NCBI GenBank assembly: GCA_030704615.1
Contig: CM060731.1
Location: forward strand, 79,112,001 to 79,176,000
Length of the DNA: 64,000 bases
Origin: Takakia lepidozioides
Lineage: Eukaryota; Plantae; Bryophyta
Direction: 5' to 3'
A program made the translations under genes and the position numbers. Within the stretch, counting starts at the first letter, position 1. Each line of letters starts with the position of its first letter. This document shows, one piece after another, positions 62,860 through 64,000 of this stretch. Below the pieces are notes generated by a model. That model had not been told where the DNA came from, searched no databases, and was given only the letters and a program-made list of their open reading frames with translations.

Positions 62860-63180
62860 TAACACCGCCCCACCAACAAGCACATCATAAGACATCGCGT
62901 TCGTAACAATGGCTTTAGCTCTCATGACTGAGCCATCCGTAGGATGGTCCGGCTGCAATCGAATGAAAAGCTCATGGCATGTAATTTCTCATGTCTTCTC
63001 TGAACCGCCCAAAGATGTTTGAATTTGGAAAGGACAAGGCTCCAAATCCGCCTCTGTAAGGCCCAAGCCTACAATTGCTATTCTTCCCAACATCAATGGT
63101 TGTGCTCTCGAGTCCAACAAGACCCGCAATGGCCTATACCTCTTCCCGGCTGGGCCACCCAACTGAAACACACCATCCTG
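62860..63180 (-). pseudogene. Retropepsin-like aspartic protease domain
   Basis: RVLLDSRAQPLMLG (DSG mutated to DSR) ... IQTSLGG ... YDVLVGG, upstream of and in frame with the MTase across one TGA at 62989. Confidence 0.75.
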
Positions 63181-64000
63181 ATTGTCCACCAGGACTACCC
63201 CAGGAGTCACCATACTACGCTCAATGCCTGGTCTAGCTGACAACTCCTGCAACCTTGCAGTTGCCGCTTGCCATGGTGCAGCTGTGGCTGTCTTCACCCT
63301 TGAGTCCATGACATCCATGCACTGCACATTATCCGCTATCCCCGCAGATAGTGCCGATGCATCACCACTCTCACAGAGTCTAGCTGCTAGTCTGAACACA
63401 GCAGCTGGCCGAATCCCCGACATTGCAATGGTCATCGTAGAAAACAATGGAGCTTGGCAAACCGTCGTAGCCGCCCCCAACAATGTACTGGCTGCACCCT
63501 ACTTTGCAACACCACCCACTGGCATTTCCCGAGCCACACCAACTCTCCCCACTGGTACTCGTGGCTCTACCTTTGACACACTTGGGTGAGCGGGTACCAT
63601 CGATGGCATAGTTGGCACTGTCTCAGCCAATGTAAAAGACTGTGGAAGCCTTGTCTGTCGACTTGCTTCCCCTCTTTGTGGATCAAAATCCACATCTGCT
63701 CATTTTGGCTCAGGAGCACGCGTTGCTGCTCAAGTGACAGCAACTGCAGAGTCCACATGCAATGGTCCAGCAAGTGCGGCTCCACACATGAAGCCCATAC
63801 CAATCTGGTCTTCCCTAGGCAAAGGAGGTTGTGCAGGTGGGGCTTGAACCTCAGGCCTTGGAGCTGACGCCACATTAGTAGTGGCCATGGCAGCAAGACG
63901 TTGCTCTAGTTAGGCAAGCCTATACACCATGCCTTGGTCATGACCTTGACCTTGACCTTGTGCTCCTTGGTTTTGGTTACGACCTCCACCGCAACCTTTG

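Larger units (their letters stand above)
57154..64000 (-). mobile_element. Ty3/gypsy LTR retrotransposon (non-chromovirus type) encoding protease, C5 DNA methyltransferase, RT, RNaseH, integrase and PHD finger; decayed; 5' end outside window
   Basis: Consecutive minus-strand ORF pieces are mostly in one frame, separated by point stops: PR (VLLDSRAQ..DVLVG), MTase, RT (RMCGDYR, LDLRSGYHQ, YIDDII), RNaseH (LHTDWS..), INT (HDELGH..CMLC, SLDFAGP, MDQG, GLAER), PHD. A PPT and an LTR-like end follow. Confidence 0.93.

Overview
Eukaryotic nuclear DNA from a land plant, most likely a non-seed plant such as a moss, liverwort, hornwort or lycophyte. This is inferred from the PLS-DYW PPR genes, short GT-AG introns and TE types. 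Apparently intact host genes: a multi-exon SGF73/ataxin-7-like SAGA subunit (minus, ~0.7-7 kb), two paralogous intronless F-box genes inside a ~4.5-5 kb direct segmental duplication, a plastid-type alpha/beta hydrolase, a small conserved coiled-coil gene, and cytosolic RPL8/uL2 head-to-head with it. Two convergent PLS-class PPR genes both have decayed DYW domains and carry 3-4 N-terminal PDF motifs of the kind found in organellar ssDNA-binding OSB proteins. Also present: scattered ISU/IscU pseudo-exons, a LINE endonuclease fragment, a MITE-like insertion, a full-length decayed pogo transposon (23-bp TIRs, TA TSD) and two nested Ty3/gypsy elements. The most striking object is the inner gypsy element (57.15 kb to the window end). 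Its polyprotein reads gag?-protease-C5 cytosine DNA methyltransferase-RT-RNaseH-integrase-PHD finger, so it carries both a DNA-methylation writer and a chromatin reader. All calls come from manual translation and motif recognition; no searches were run.
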